DNA from: an uncultured Acidobacteriaceae bacterium
GTDB lineage: Bacteria > Acidobacteriota > Terriglobia > Terriglobales > Acidobacteriaceae
Length of the DNA: 64,000 nucleotides
Reading direction: 5' to 3'
Assembly: GCA_963840675.1 (NCBI GenBank)
Contig: CAWJAB010000054.1
Location: 85,196 to 149,195, forward strand
Shown here: piece by piece, positions 19,628 to 30,736 of the stretch
Numbering within the stretch: position 1 is the stretch's first letter
How the letters are laid out: each line of letters begins with the position of its first letter
Made by a program: the position numbers and the translations under genes
The notes under the pieces: model-generated
The model's input: the letters and a program-made list of their open reading frames with translations, nothing else
The model's database searches: none
What the model was told of the DNA's origin: nothing

Positions 19628-22600
19628 TTAGAAGATAAACTTGCCGCTTATCTGGCCGACTCGAGCCGGTGCGGTGTTCGTGACCTGACCGAACTGGCCG
19701 CTGTTAGCATTGCCCACCGTTGCGTTGGTGAGGAAGTTGGCATGGTTGAAGACATTGAACATCTCGAGGCGGAAATTGAGTTGCATTCTCTCAGTGAGTT
19801 TCGTATCTTTTTCCACGCCAGCGTCGGTGTTGATCGTTCCCGGCCCGTGGAAGAGGAACTGCTTCGCGGTGCCGGTCACCCCACACATTTCGTAGCCACA
19901 GCTGAGGTTACTGGCAAAGGATGATGTATCGAAGTAAGTATGTGCCGGAGCATGCGGATTGAGCTTCTTGAATGGAGCTACCTGGTTAGGATAGTCCAGG
20001 CCGATGTTGGTCAGAGCGAAATCACCGCCGCTCGCCAGGCTCACTGGGGTGCCTGTGTTGAAGCGGCTGATTCCCGTAATCTGCCATCCCTCGCTATATC
20101 GATGGGCGCCCATGAAGCGGTAAAAAGGTATATTCCAGTTGTAACTGGCTACGAAGTTGTGCCGCATGTCGAACCCGGATTGGCCGTAGTTGCTTCCCGG
20201 AGTGCGCGGGTCGTAGATGGCAGAGTAGGTATCCAGCGACTTGGCGTAGGTATAGGAGAGCAGGTAGGTGACGTCGCGAGCGCGCCGTTCCGCCGAGATC
20301 TGCAGCGAGTTGTAGTTAGAGTTTCCCGAGTTCTGGTTATAGCTCGACTCAGCGAAGGCTACAACCGGACCGCCGGCAGAGTTCTTGTAGTTCGGGCTGA
20401 TGGTCTGGTTGTCGATCGGCCCTACGAGCGTACCGTAGACGTTCTGACCATTTTGCTGGTAGACGCCACCCTCACCACCCGGGCCGCAGCCTGCGAGCGA
20501 CTGGCAGAGCGAGGCACTGCCATAGATTATGTTCACGTCATGCTCCACGTGGTGGGCCAGGGTTCCTACGTAAGCCACGGTCAGAACAGTCGCCTTGTCG
20601 AGCTGCCGCTGCATGGAGAAGTTAAAGTGCTGAGCCCCCATGGTTTTATTCTTGTTGTAGTAGCCCGGCACGTAAAGAGGCATGAGGTTTCCGAACTGGA
20701 AGTTCGGAAAGGGCCCAGGGCCCGAGGGGAAGGTAAAGGGGAAGTGCTGTCCCTGGGTAACTCCGTTGGCCCGGGTGATGTAGGGGCTGCCGAACTCCGT
20801 CTGTTGCGGCGATGACCAGTAAAGGCCCCAGGGGGCATCCCCAAGAATGCCGAAGTTCCCGTTATCCGCGACGCCCAGGTAGTAGATACCGTAGGCCGCA
20901 CGGATGCTGGTCTTGCCGGCCGCGCCCCATATGCCGCCGGCGGGCGCATAGGCGACACCAAAACGAGGTCCAAAGTTCCTATAGCGGGTTGGCGAGATCG
21001 TGCTGGGAACGGTCGGATCTCCCGGAACAAGGTTGCCCAGTGGGGAGTTGGGGAACTTGACGGATTGCACTCCCGGAACGGGTGTGGTCAAACGGCCATA
21101 GACATCGCTCCACGGCCTGGCGATATCCCAACGAAGGCCGTAGTTAATGGTCAACTGGGGAGTCGCTTTCCAGGAGTCCTGGCCATAAAAACCACAGTAT
21201 CTAGACCGGTTATCCAGAAGCTGGATAGAGCATTGGACGAATTGGCCGGGCGCGCCGATAAAGTAATCGGAAACGTCCGCACCCGTCTCTTGCCCGCTAA
21301 AGGCGAAATATCCGTTAGGTCCGCAGGTGTTTCGAGCATTCAGCTGGTAGTAGCGGAATTCCGCACCAAAGCTGAGCGAGTGGTTGCCGACGGTCTTGCT
21401 CACGGTGTCGCCTGCGGTGTAGGTGGTATCGGGCTGAAAGAGATTCAACCAGTTGTTGCCGATGGTAAAACTATTGAAGAACAGGCTGGGCACCGACGAG
21501 GGGTATCCTGCAGGGCCGGTGTTGATGAGCCCACCGTTTGCGGGATCGGTGTTGAATCCATATTGAGAATAAGAGGAGATCGTCGAGCTCGCAGACGGTT
21601 GTGCGGTGTGAACGGCGGTGCGGAAAAACGAGATGCGCGCGGTATTCACCGTGGTGGCGCCGATCGTTTTGGTGTTGCTCCCCATGAATAGCTGGTTGCG
21701 TGATGGCACAGTGACGGGAAAGCCCGGCAGATTTTCCTGGCCAAAGTATTGCTGGTTGTAGATGGGATTCAGCGCGGTCGCATCGTCGTAGTGATAGTAG
21801 AACGCCCAATCCCCAGTCTTTTGATTGACGAAATCGATCCGCTCCGCCATGTTGGTGTCGACGAGGTTACCCTTGTGGCTTGAGTCATCGTAGTCGAAGC
21901 CGCCAGCCTGATTTGAGGCCGGAATAAGCGGCAATGTCAACTCGGAAACGGGATCGATATAGGCGGAGATATTGTGGCCGGGCACTTGATTGCCATTGCT
22001 GTCCGTGGTCATGACCGCTGTGCCGAGCTGGTTGTACAAAGTAGGCGTGCAGGCCGGAGGCTGACAAACGCCGCCCGCGCCGTTGATCGTTCCGCCGCCG
22101 CGGGATTCGAGGGTGGCGGCCCAGGCATCACCCTGGACTGGTTTATCCAGGATGGCATCGGTAAAGATACCGTTCCGTTCGTCATTACTAAGAACCTGCA
22201 CCACTCCCGTGCTTTGGCCCGCTACCTGACGGGTTTGCTGAAAGTCGGTAAAGGTGAAGAGCTTGTCTTTGAGGATCGGACCACCCACGACCCCGCCGTA
22301 CTGATGACGCTTTAACTCGGCCTTTGTGCTGTCGAAGTAGTTAATCGCGTCCATCTTCTGGTTGCGGTAGAACTCGAAGAGCGTTCCATGGAAGCTGTTG
22401 GTTCCGGACTTGGTCACGGTGTTCATCACGGAACCGGTGAACTTGCCGTACTCCGCGCTGAAGCTATTGGTGATGAGGCGAAACTCAGCGACCGAGTCAG
22501 CATCTGGAATCAAGCCGGCGCCCATATTCTTGGTTTCGCTCACATCGGCGCCGTTCACCAGGAAAGCGTTGGCAAACTCCGGCATACCGTCGGTGGAGAC

Positions 22601-23161
22601 ATTGCCCGACGAGCTGTAAAGGCCGGAGGCGGGCGAGCGATCGTTGTAGCCGCTGTTGGTATTCGCAGGCGCGACACCCGGTTGCAGTGAGAGCAGATCG
22701 AGGTAGGAACGTCCGTTGAGCGGCATGGCCAGAATCTGCGAAGAGGTGATGGTGGTGCCCATCGACGTGCTCGCGGTCTCAACCTGCAGAGTGCTGGCGT
22801 CGACGGAGACGGTCTGGCTTACGTTGCCCACTTTCAACGCGAAATCGAATTTCAGCGCGTCGTTGACGTTGAGCTCGATATTGTCAACGACTCCATTCTC
22901 GAACCCGGCGTCAGCGGCGGTCAGGCGATAGCTTCCGGGAGGCAAAGCAAGAATGCTGTAGTGACCGGACGAATCCGTCGTGGCCGTACGGGTATAGCCG
23001 GTGGAGGCTTGAATGATGGTCAAGGTCGCGTTTGGAAGCACCGCGCCGGAGCTGTCGCGAACGTAGCCGCCAATCGATCCAGTCACGTCTGCCCGCAGGT
23101 GCAGGGTGCCAAGCAGCACGATCAAACCGAGAAAAAAATAACGACAACGACGAAAGTTCAT
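19628..23161 (-). CDS. TonB-dependent outer-membrane receptor with N-terminal carboxypeptidase-regulatory-like domain
   Basis: Signal peptide, then GSIGGYVRDSSGAVLPNATLTIIQASTGYTRTATTDSSGHYSILALPPGSYRL (CarboxypepD_reg), a plug region, a long Gly/Tyr/Asn-rich beta-barrel, and a C-terminal ..GKFIF aromatic terminus. Confidence 0.85.
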   Translation of the reverse strand: MNFRRCRYFFLGLIVLLGTLHLRADVTGSIGGYVRDSSGAVLPNATLTIIQASTGYTRTATTDSSGHYSILALPPGSYRLTAADAGFENGVVDNIELNVNDALKFDFALKVGNVSQTVSVDASTLQVETASTSMGTTITSSQILAMPLNGRSYLDLLSLQPGVAPANTNSGYNDRSPASGLYSSSGNVSTDGMPEFANAFLVNGADVSETKNMGAGLIPDADSVAEFRLITNSFSAEYGKFTGSVMNTVTKSGTNSFHGTLFEFYRNQKMDAINYFDSTKAELKRHQYGGVVGGPILKDKLFTFTDFQQTRQVAGQSTGVVQVLSNDERNGIFTDAILDKPVQGDAWAATLESRGGGTINGAGGVCQPPACTPTLYNQLGTAVMTTDSNGNQVPGHNISAYIDPVSELTLPLIPASNQAGGFDYDDSSHKGNLVDTNMAERIDFVNQKTGDWAFYYHYDDATALNPIYNQQYFGQENLPGFPVTVPSRNQLFMGSNTKTIGATTVNTARISFFRTAVHTAQPSASSTISSYSQYGFNTDPANGGLINTGPAGYPSSVPSLFFNSFTIGNNWLNLFQPDTTYTAGDTVSKTVGNHSLSFGAEFRYYQLNARNTCGPNGYFAFSGQETGADVSDYFIGAPGQFVQCSIQLLDNRSRYCGFYGQDSWKATPQLTINYGLRWDIARPWSDVYGRLTTPVPGVQSVKFPNSPLGNLVPGDPTVPSTISPTRYRNFGPRFGVAYAPAGGIWGAAGKTSIRAAYGIYYLGVADNGNFGILGDAPWGLYWSSPQQTEFGSPYITRANGVTQGQHFPFTFPSGPGPFPNFQFGNLMPLYVPGYYNKNKTMGAQHFNFSMQRQLDKATVLTVAYVGTLAHHVEHDVNIIYGSASLCQSLAGCGPGGEGGVYQQNGQNVYGTLVGPIDNQTISPNYKNSAGGPVVAFAESSYNQNSGNSNYNSLQISAERRARDVTYLLSYTYAKSLDTYSAIYDPRTPGSNYGQSGFDMRHNFVASYNWNIPFYRFMGAHRYSEGWQITGISRFNTGTPVSLASGGDFALTNIGLDYPNQVAPFKKLNPHAPAHTYFDTSSFASNLSCGYEMCGVTGTAKQFLFHGPGTINTDAGVEKDTKLTERMQLNFRLEMFNVFNHANFLTNATVGNANSGQFGQVTNTAPARVGQISGKFIF

Positions 23162-23230
23162 GTGACACGCCTCCCGAAAAATGCTGCAATTCCGCTGTTT
23201 TTACGACGATACCGATATTTAACAATCCCA

Positions 23231-23254
23231 CAAGCGAAATAGTGCGAAACCGCC
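23231..23254 (-). promoter_or_regulatory. Direct-repeat motif site 3 (CAAGCGAAATAGTGCGAAACCGCC), 70 nt upstream of the TonB receptor start
   Basis: In gene sense it reads TTTCGCACTATTTCGC-TTGTGG, then 16 nt, then TATCGT. Near-identical to site 2. Confidence 0.45.
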
Positions 23255-23375
23255 CTGCCTCGCGTGTCGGTTTCGGCTTCGGAAAAAGTCCCTACCGGGA
23301 ACTGTAGAGCGCGCGCGTCGTGGTAATTAACTAGTCAGGCGCAAGCTTCGCCATAGCCGTAACAGAAAGGCCCAC

Positions 23376-25250
23376 ATGCCGGACGATGCCAGCAAGGAAT
23401 CCTTTGCCCTGGGAATGAAGCAAGACATATCCCGCCGCGATTTCATGAATGCCACGCTGCTCGCTTCCGGCGGCGCGTTGCTCGGCGGACTTACACCGCA
23501 CCAGTTACTGGCCCAGATGGGCAAGGATAACTGGACGGGCTACGGCGGCATCGGCGATTACTCTGAATCGAATGGCAATACCTTCGAGGTGATGTCGGCC
23601 GGTCATCAGATTCGGGATCATGTCTTCGCCGATCCACCGCACGAGGTGGAGGAGACGGGCGAGGTGTTGGATTGCGTGATTGCCGGCGGCGGCCTCAGCG
23701 GCCTGGCAGCCGCGCTTTACCTGCAACAACACGCTCCACAGGCGAAGTGCCTGGTGTTGGAAAACCATCCCATCTTCGGCGGCGAGGCAAAGCGGAACGA
23801 GTTTATGGTGGACGGTCACCGGCTGATGGCGCCGCAGGGCTCCGACCATTTCGATACCCCGCAGCCGGGCAGCCCACTGGCCGCCTTCTATGAATCGATC
23901 GGCGTGGACGCCCGCAAGTTCGAGTATCAGTCGTGGCAAAGCTCGTCGCCGGAGATCCCCGTGGGCCGGAGCTTCGAGCACATTCAGTCCCCCTACGGCA
24001 TCTATTTCGGCGCTAACTCCGGCCAGCCCGGTAAGTGGGTGGTGAATCCCTGGGCTAACAAGCTAGAGGACGCGCCTATGCCGGCAGCGATGCGGGCCGA
24101 GATCCTGAAGTATCGCCGACTAGGCGCGGCGTCCGCGGGCGAAGAGAACCCCCACCAACTGGATGCCATCACCATGGAAGAGTTCATGATGCAGAAGTTT
24201 GGGCTGAGCCAGGAGACGATTCGCAAGTTTCTCATGCCTGGGCCGGCCGATGGCTTCGGCATTGGCCCGGATGTGCTCTCCGCCTACGCCTTCGGCTTTG
24301 GCGGCGACCCCATGAATTACGGGGAGGAAGCTGCGCTGCAATCCTTTCCCGGAGGCAACGGCGGTTTCGCGCGGCACATGGTAAAGACGCTGCTTCCTGC
24401 GTCCATCCCGGGGCCCCGCACGCTTGAGGCGGTGTGCCGCGGCCGGGTGAATTTCACCACCCTCGACCAGCCCGGCGCGCGCACCCGCATTCGCCTGGGC
24501 TCAACCGTGGTGCGGGTGGAACACGAGGGTCCTGCTGCGCAAAGCGAGTTTGTCCGCATCACTTATACCCGCAACGGCAAAGTCTACCGCCTGAAAGCGC
24601 GGGCGGCCGTCATGGCGGGAGGCAGCTGGACCACAAAACATGTGGTGACTGACCTACCTTCGGAACAGCGCGAAGCCTACGCGCAGTTCTTTCGTTCGCC
24701 CTGCATGCTGGTGAATGTTGCTTTGCGGAACTGGCGGTTCCTCTACAAGCGCGGTATCTCCGGAGCGTTCTGGTACGGCGGCCTGGGCATCTATGGCTCG
24801 GTCCGCAAGTCTCCTACCTTCTCCACTAATGACAAAACCATCGGACCGGATTCACCGGTGGTAATGACCATCAAGGTGCTGTTCTGCCGCCCCGGACTGC
24901 CTATGCAGGAGCAGCAGAACGCCGGCCGCGCGGAGCTGCTCTCGACCTCCTTCCGTGACTACGAGCGACGAGTGCGGGAGCAGCTTACTGAGATGTTCGC
25001 GTCTTCGGGATTTGACGCCAGGCGGGATATCGCCGGCATCGTTCTCAATCGCTGGGGGCACGCGTATTGCAGCCCGCAGCCAGGCTTCTTCTTTGGCAAG
25101 GATGGGCAGCCGGCGCCGCGCGAGATTCTGCGACGAGCACCCTTCGGGCGGATTGCTTTCGCCAATACCGATCTTTCGGGAGATCCCGGGCACCACACGG
25201 CGGTGGCAGAGGGCCAGCGCGCCGCCAGCCAGCTGCTTGATCGCATCTAG
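23376..25250 (+). CDS. Tat-exported NAD(P)/FAD-binding oxidoreductase (amine-oxidase / spermidine-dehydrogenase-like)
   Basis: Twin-arginine signal DISRRDFMNATLLASGGALLGG. Dinucleotide fold DCVIAGGGLSGLAAALYL. Size and architecture resemble SpdH-type flavoproteins (weak). Confidence 0.55.
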   Translation: MPDDASKESFALGMKQDISRRDFMNATLLASGGALLGGLTPHQLLAQMGKDNWTGYGGIGDYSESNGNTFEVMSAGHQIRDHVFADPPHEVEETGEVLDCVIAGGGLSGLAAALYLQQHAPQAKCLVLENHPIFGGEAKRNEFMVDGHRLMAPQGSDHFDTPQPGSPLAAFYESIGVDARKFEYQSWQSSSPEIPVGRSFEHIQSPYGIYFGANSGQPGKWVVNPWANKLEDAPMPAAMRAEILKYRRLGAASAGEENPHQLDAITMEEFMMQKFGLSQETIRKFLMPGPADGFGIGPDVLSAYAFGFGGDPMNYGEEAALQSFPGGNGGFARHMVKTLLPASIPGPRTLEAVCRGRVNFTTLDQPGARTRIRLGSTVVRVEHEGPAAQSEFVRITYTRNGKVYRLKARAAVMAGGSWTTKHVVTDLPSEQREAYAQFFRSPCMLVNVALRNWRFLYKRGISGAFWYGGLGIYGSVRKSPTFSTNDKTIGPDSPVVMTIKVLFCRPGLPMQEQQNAGRAELLSTSFRDYERRVREQLTEMFASSGFDARRDIAGIVLNRWGHAYCSPQPGFFFGKDGQPAPREILRRAPFGRIAFANTDLSGDPGHHTAVAEGQRAASQLLDRI

Positions 25251-25401
25251 CCTGCTCTGACACAGCGATGGCGGCCGGCTTGAGGCCGCGGAACCCCACT
25301 CAAGCCAAACCCAGGCTTGCATGGGCCACCCCGGCTTTGCTGGCGGTGCAGAGAGCCACGGCGAGTCAGTCTGGAGACCAGGCGATTTATAATCAACCAC
25401 C

Positions 25402-25644
25402 ATGAAGGCGCATGTTTATGTCACGCTGAAGCGCACTGTCCTCGACCCCCAGGGGCAAACCATCCACGGCGCGCTCAAACGCATGCAGTACACCGGCGTA
25501 GAGGATGTGCGCCAGGGAAAATACTTTCAACTCACCCTGCGCGCCATGGAGACGGCCGATGCGCGTAGCGAAGTGGAACGCATCGCCCGCGAAGTGCTCA
25601 CCAATCCAGTGATCGAAGAATTCACCTACCGCCTCGAAGAGTAA
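25402..25644 (+). CDS. purS: Phosphoribosylformylglycinamidine synthase subunit PurS
   Basis: An 80-aa protein, MKAHVYVTLKRTVLDPQGQTIHGALKRMQYTGVEDVRQGKYFQL, matching the classic PurS pattern. Confidence 0.85.
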   Translation: MKAHVYVTLKRTVLDPQGQTIHGALKRMQYTGVEDVRQGKYFQLTLRAMETADARSEVERIAREVLTNPVIEEFTYRLEE

Positions 25645-25665
25645 CCCCGACCGTACAATGAGCTT

Positions 25666-27546
<1,881 letters not shown>

Positions 27547-27609
27547 ATGCTATTGCCTATAATAATAATGGTAGACAAGGCAAGTTCTATTCCACCGAGG
27601 TGAGGGCTA

Positions 27610-28383
27610 TTGGGACGTCAACTTTATACTGCGCGGCTTCAGCGCAGGCTTCTGCTTTCGGAACGGGCCGCGTGTTTCCATCTTGAATTCACGGTCGACG
27701 GGCTGGAGAAGTTCGATTTCGAGCCCGGGCAGTTCGTCTCCTTTGTCGCCCATGACGACGCGGGAAAGCAACAGACCCGAGCCTACTCCATCGCCTCGGC
27801 GCCTCGGGCCAACCAGTTTGACGTATGCGTCAACCGGGTGGAGGGCGGGTTCTTCTCCAATTTGCTGTGCGATCTCGAGGTGGGACAGACCCTGGAGTTC
27901 CACGGACCGCATGGCTTGTTCCTGCTGCGCGCGCCGCTGACCGACAGCATCTTCATCGCCACCGGGACCGGGATCGCACCCATGCGGGGCTTCGTTGAGC
28001 ACCTCTTTCCCGAGGATGGCGAGGATCGAAGCCAGGGACGAAAGATTTGGCTGGTCTATGGCACACGGTACGCATCCGAGCTTTACTACGAGGAGTATTT
28101 CGAGAGGATCGCCGCCAGCAGGGCGAATTTCTTCTACCACAAGACGCTGAGCCGGGCCCATGAGGAATGGGAAGGCACGCGCGGGTACGTGCAGGACTTA
28201 GTAGGGCAGATCGCCGCAGAGCATGCGCGCGACAGCGTGCAAAATCCGCAGCCCGTGGAAGGAGCCCTTTATAGCGTCCACGCGTACATTTGCGGGTTGA
28301 ACGAAATGGTTGCAGCTAACCGGGACTGCCTGAAGGGTTTGGGTTGGGAGCGCAAGCAAATCATCTTCGAACGCTACGATTGA
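27610..28383 (+). CDS. Ferredoxin-NADP reductase-type FAD/NAD(P)-binding oxidoreductase
   Basis: RAYSIASAP (RxYS FAD motif) and IATGTGIAPMRGF (NAD(P) motif). TTG start with GAGGTGAGGG upstream. Confidence 0.8.
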   Translation: MGRQLYTARLQRRLLLSERAACFHLEFTVDGLEKFDFEPGQFVSFVAHDDAGKQQTRAYSIASAPRANQFDVCVNRVEGGFFSNLLCDLEVGQTLEFHGPHGLFLLRAPLTDSIFIATGTGIAPMRGFVEHLFPEDGEDRSQGRKIWLVYGTRYASELYYEEYFERIAASRANFFYHKTLSRAHEEWEGTRGYVQDLVGQIAAEHARDSVQNPQPVEGALYSVHAYICGLNEMVAANRDCLKGLGWERKQIIFERYD

Positions 28384-28429
28384 TAGGGCAATCCGGGTCT
28401 TTCCTTTGCATCGGATGATGATTTGAGCG

Positions 28430-28526
28430 AACTGCAGATCCCTCGGCTACGCTCGGGATGACAAAGGCAGGGGCGACGCTTCCATTTAGATTGGTTGCTA
28501 CATGAGGGTAACCGCAGGTCCCTCCG
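28430..28526. repeat. Family-A repeat element (single copy)
   Basis: AACTGCAGATCCCTCGGCTACGCTCGGGATGACAAAGG..GGCGACGCTTCCAT..TAACCGCAGGTCCCTCC. Colinear with 9209-9305. Confidence 0.85.
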
Positions 28527-28559
28527 GTTACAGAAAGGCCAGCTTCACGACGGAATCCT

Positions 28560-30736
28560 CTAAGGCAGCGCGAAGGCGACGTATAGACCGCCCGAGGGCT
28601 TTCTGCTGGATTGTCCTCCGCCGGCGGCGATCACTACATATTGCTTCCCGTTCACCATGTAGGTCGAAGGCGTGGCCAGACCGGAGAACGGCAATTGCGT
28701 TTCCCATAGCAGCTTGCCGGTGCTCTTGTCATAAGCGTGGAACTTCTCGTCAAAAACACTGGCGCCGATAAAGAGTAGTCCTCCATCCGTGACCACCGGG
28801 CCGCCGTAATTATCCGATCCGGTGTCAGCCATGCCTTTGGCCACCAGCTCCGGATACTCGCCGAAAGGAATCTTCCACAAATACTTTCCGGTATTCAAGT
28901 CGATCGCGCTGAGTGTGCCCCAGGGCGGAGCGGTGGCAGGATAACCCTCCGGATCGGTAAAGCGGCGAAAGCCAATGGTCTTGTATGGCATGTCGTCATT
29001 GGCATGCCCGCCGGCACCCTCCGCTGCTACGGGCTCCGCAGCGGCCTTGGCTTTCGACCCGTGGCCTTGCCTGCTCTTGTTGCGGCGCCTTGGTCAGGTA
29101 GCGCACCACGGCTTGCACCTCAGCATCGCTTAGGTTGTTGAACGGGCGGCATGCGGCCTCTTCCCTGCCGGATGATGCCTGCGATCTCCTGCTCGGTCAG
29201 AATCCCCTCAATGCCCCACAAAGCGGGGATGGCGGGCGGAGAGCCGGCCCGGTTCATGCCATGGCATCCGCTGCATTGGTTCTGGTAAACACGCTCGCCC
29301 AAACTTCCGGGCGGCGGTGGAACGGTCAAGCCAACCAGCCACGCAGTGTCATTGGCATTGACATACAAGACTCCGGTCGACGGGTCGACCGCGGTGCCAC
29401 CCCACTCTCCGCCGCCGGCAAAACCCGGCAAGTCGATGGTGAGCTTGTCCACGCTGGGCGGAATGAACTGGCCGCCGCCGATCATGGCCTTGAATTGCTT
29501 CACTGCCCACGCATGCGCTTCGGGCGTACGGTTGGTTAGGGTATCTTCCGTGGTGCTCTGCTGGGTGTATGGCGCGGGCGCGGTAGGCAGCGGCTGGGTG
29601 GGCGAAGTAACTTCACCCGGAACGGTGCTGGCAGGATAAGCAGATTCCTGGATGGGGAAGAGCGGCTTGCCGTTCGCGCGGTCGAAGACGTAAAGGAAAC
29701 CGGACTTGGTGGTCTGTGCGATCGCATCCACCCGCTGTCCGTCGCGCGTGACTGTCAGCAGTGCGGGAGGCGCAGGAAAATCGCGGTCCCACAGGTCGTG
29801 GTGCACGCCCTGGAAATGCCAGATGCGCTTGCCGGTCTCCGCATCGAGGGCAATCAGCGAGTCGGCAAACAAATCGTTGCCCACACGGTCCCCGCCATAG
29901 AAGTCGAAGACTGCGGAGCCGGTCGGCACATAGACGATGCCACGGCTGGTATCGATCGTCATCCCGGCCCAGTTATTGGCGGCTCCCGCATTCTTCCAGG
30001 CGTCTTTGGGCCAGGTGTCATAGCCGAACTCTCCCGGCCGGGGAATGGTGTGGAAAGTCCAGCGCAAGGCGCCGGTGTGTACATCGAAGGCGCGAATGTC
30101 TCCCGGAGGCGCCGGATGGGTTTCAGGATTGGCCCCACCGACGATGATCAGATCCTTGTAGATGCTGCCCGGCGAGGTGAGCTCGACGGACTGTGCCTGG
30201 TAGGGCTCGCGCAGACCCTTACGTAAGTCGATGCGCCCGTTCTCTCCGAAGCCGGGAATCGGCTTGCCCGTGGCCGCATCGAGCGCGTAGAGATAGTTGC
30301 GAGCACCGGCAAAGATGCGGCTCTTATGGCCATCGGTCCAGTAGGAAACACCGCGTGACAGCACCCGCCCAGGCAAGTCTGCCTGGAACCGCCACATCAG
30401 CTTGCCCGTGGCGGCATCGAGCGCGATTACGCTGCGGCCCGGGGTGCAGGTGTACAAAACCTTGCCGACAATTATGGGATTCGCTTCCAGGCCGCCTTTT
30501 TCTCCGGTGTCATACATCCATGCCACTTTGAGATTCTTTACGTTGTCGCGATTGATCTGCGACAACGTGGAGTAGTGAGTCCCGTCGTGGCCCCCGTAAG
30601 CCGGCCAATCCTGCGTTGCCTCTTCGTTCGCTGGCCCTGTGCCGTGTGCCGTGAATGACCCGAAAACTAACAAAACTAGTGCCGCTGCCCTGAACCTTCC
30701 CATTCGCCCCCGCCCCATTCGCCCCCTCAACCCCAA
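28560..30736 (-). pseudogene. PQQ-dependent dehydrogenase with a class-I cytochrome c domain inserted before the last propeller blades; two frame changes
   Basis: ORF 29120..30736 has a signal peptide, QDWPAYGGHDGTHYS, propeller blades, then CSGCHGMNRAG..RGRMPP. The cytochrome c C-terminus ([20 protein letters not shown]) is in another frame; the change is at the G3 run 29144-29146. A second change lies within 29041-29095. The last blades are ORF 28560..28991 ([26 protein letters not shown]). Confidence 0.8.

Noticed and set aside
25645-25665. glmS ribozyme upstream of glmS
   Set aside because: Only 21 nt separate purS and glmS, which is far too short for the ribozyme, and no conserved core was seen.
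27547-27609. AT-rich stretch CTATAATAATAATGG as a promoter for the FNR-type gene
   Set aside because: A TATAAT-like hexamer is present, but I could not find a -35 at suitable spacing. This is not enough to call a promoter.
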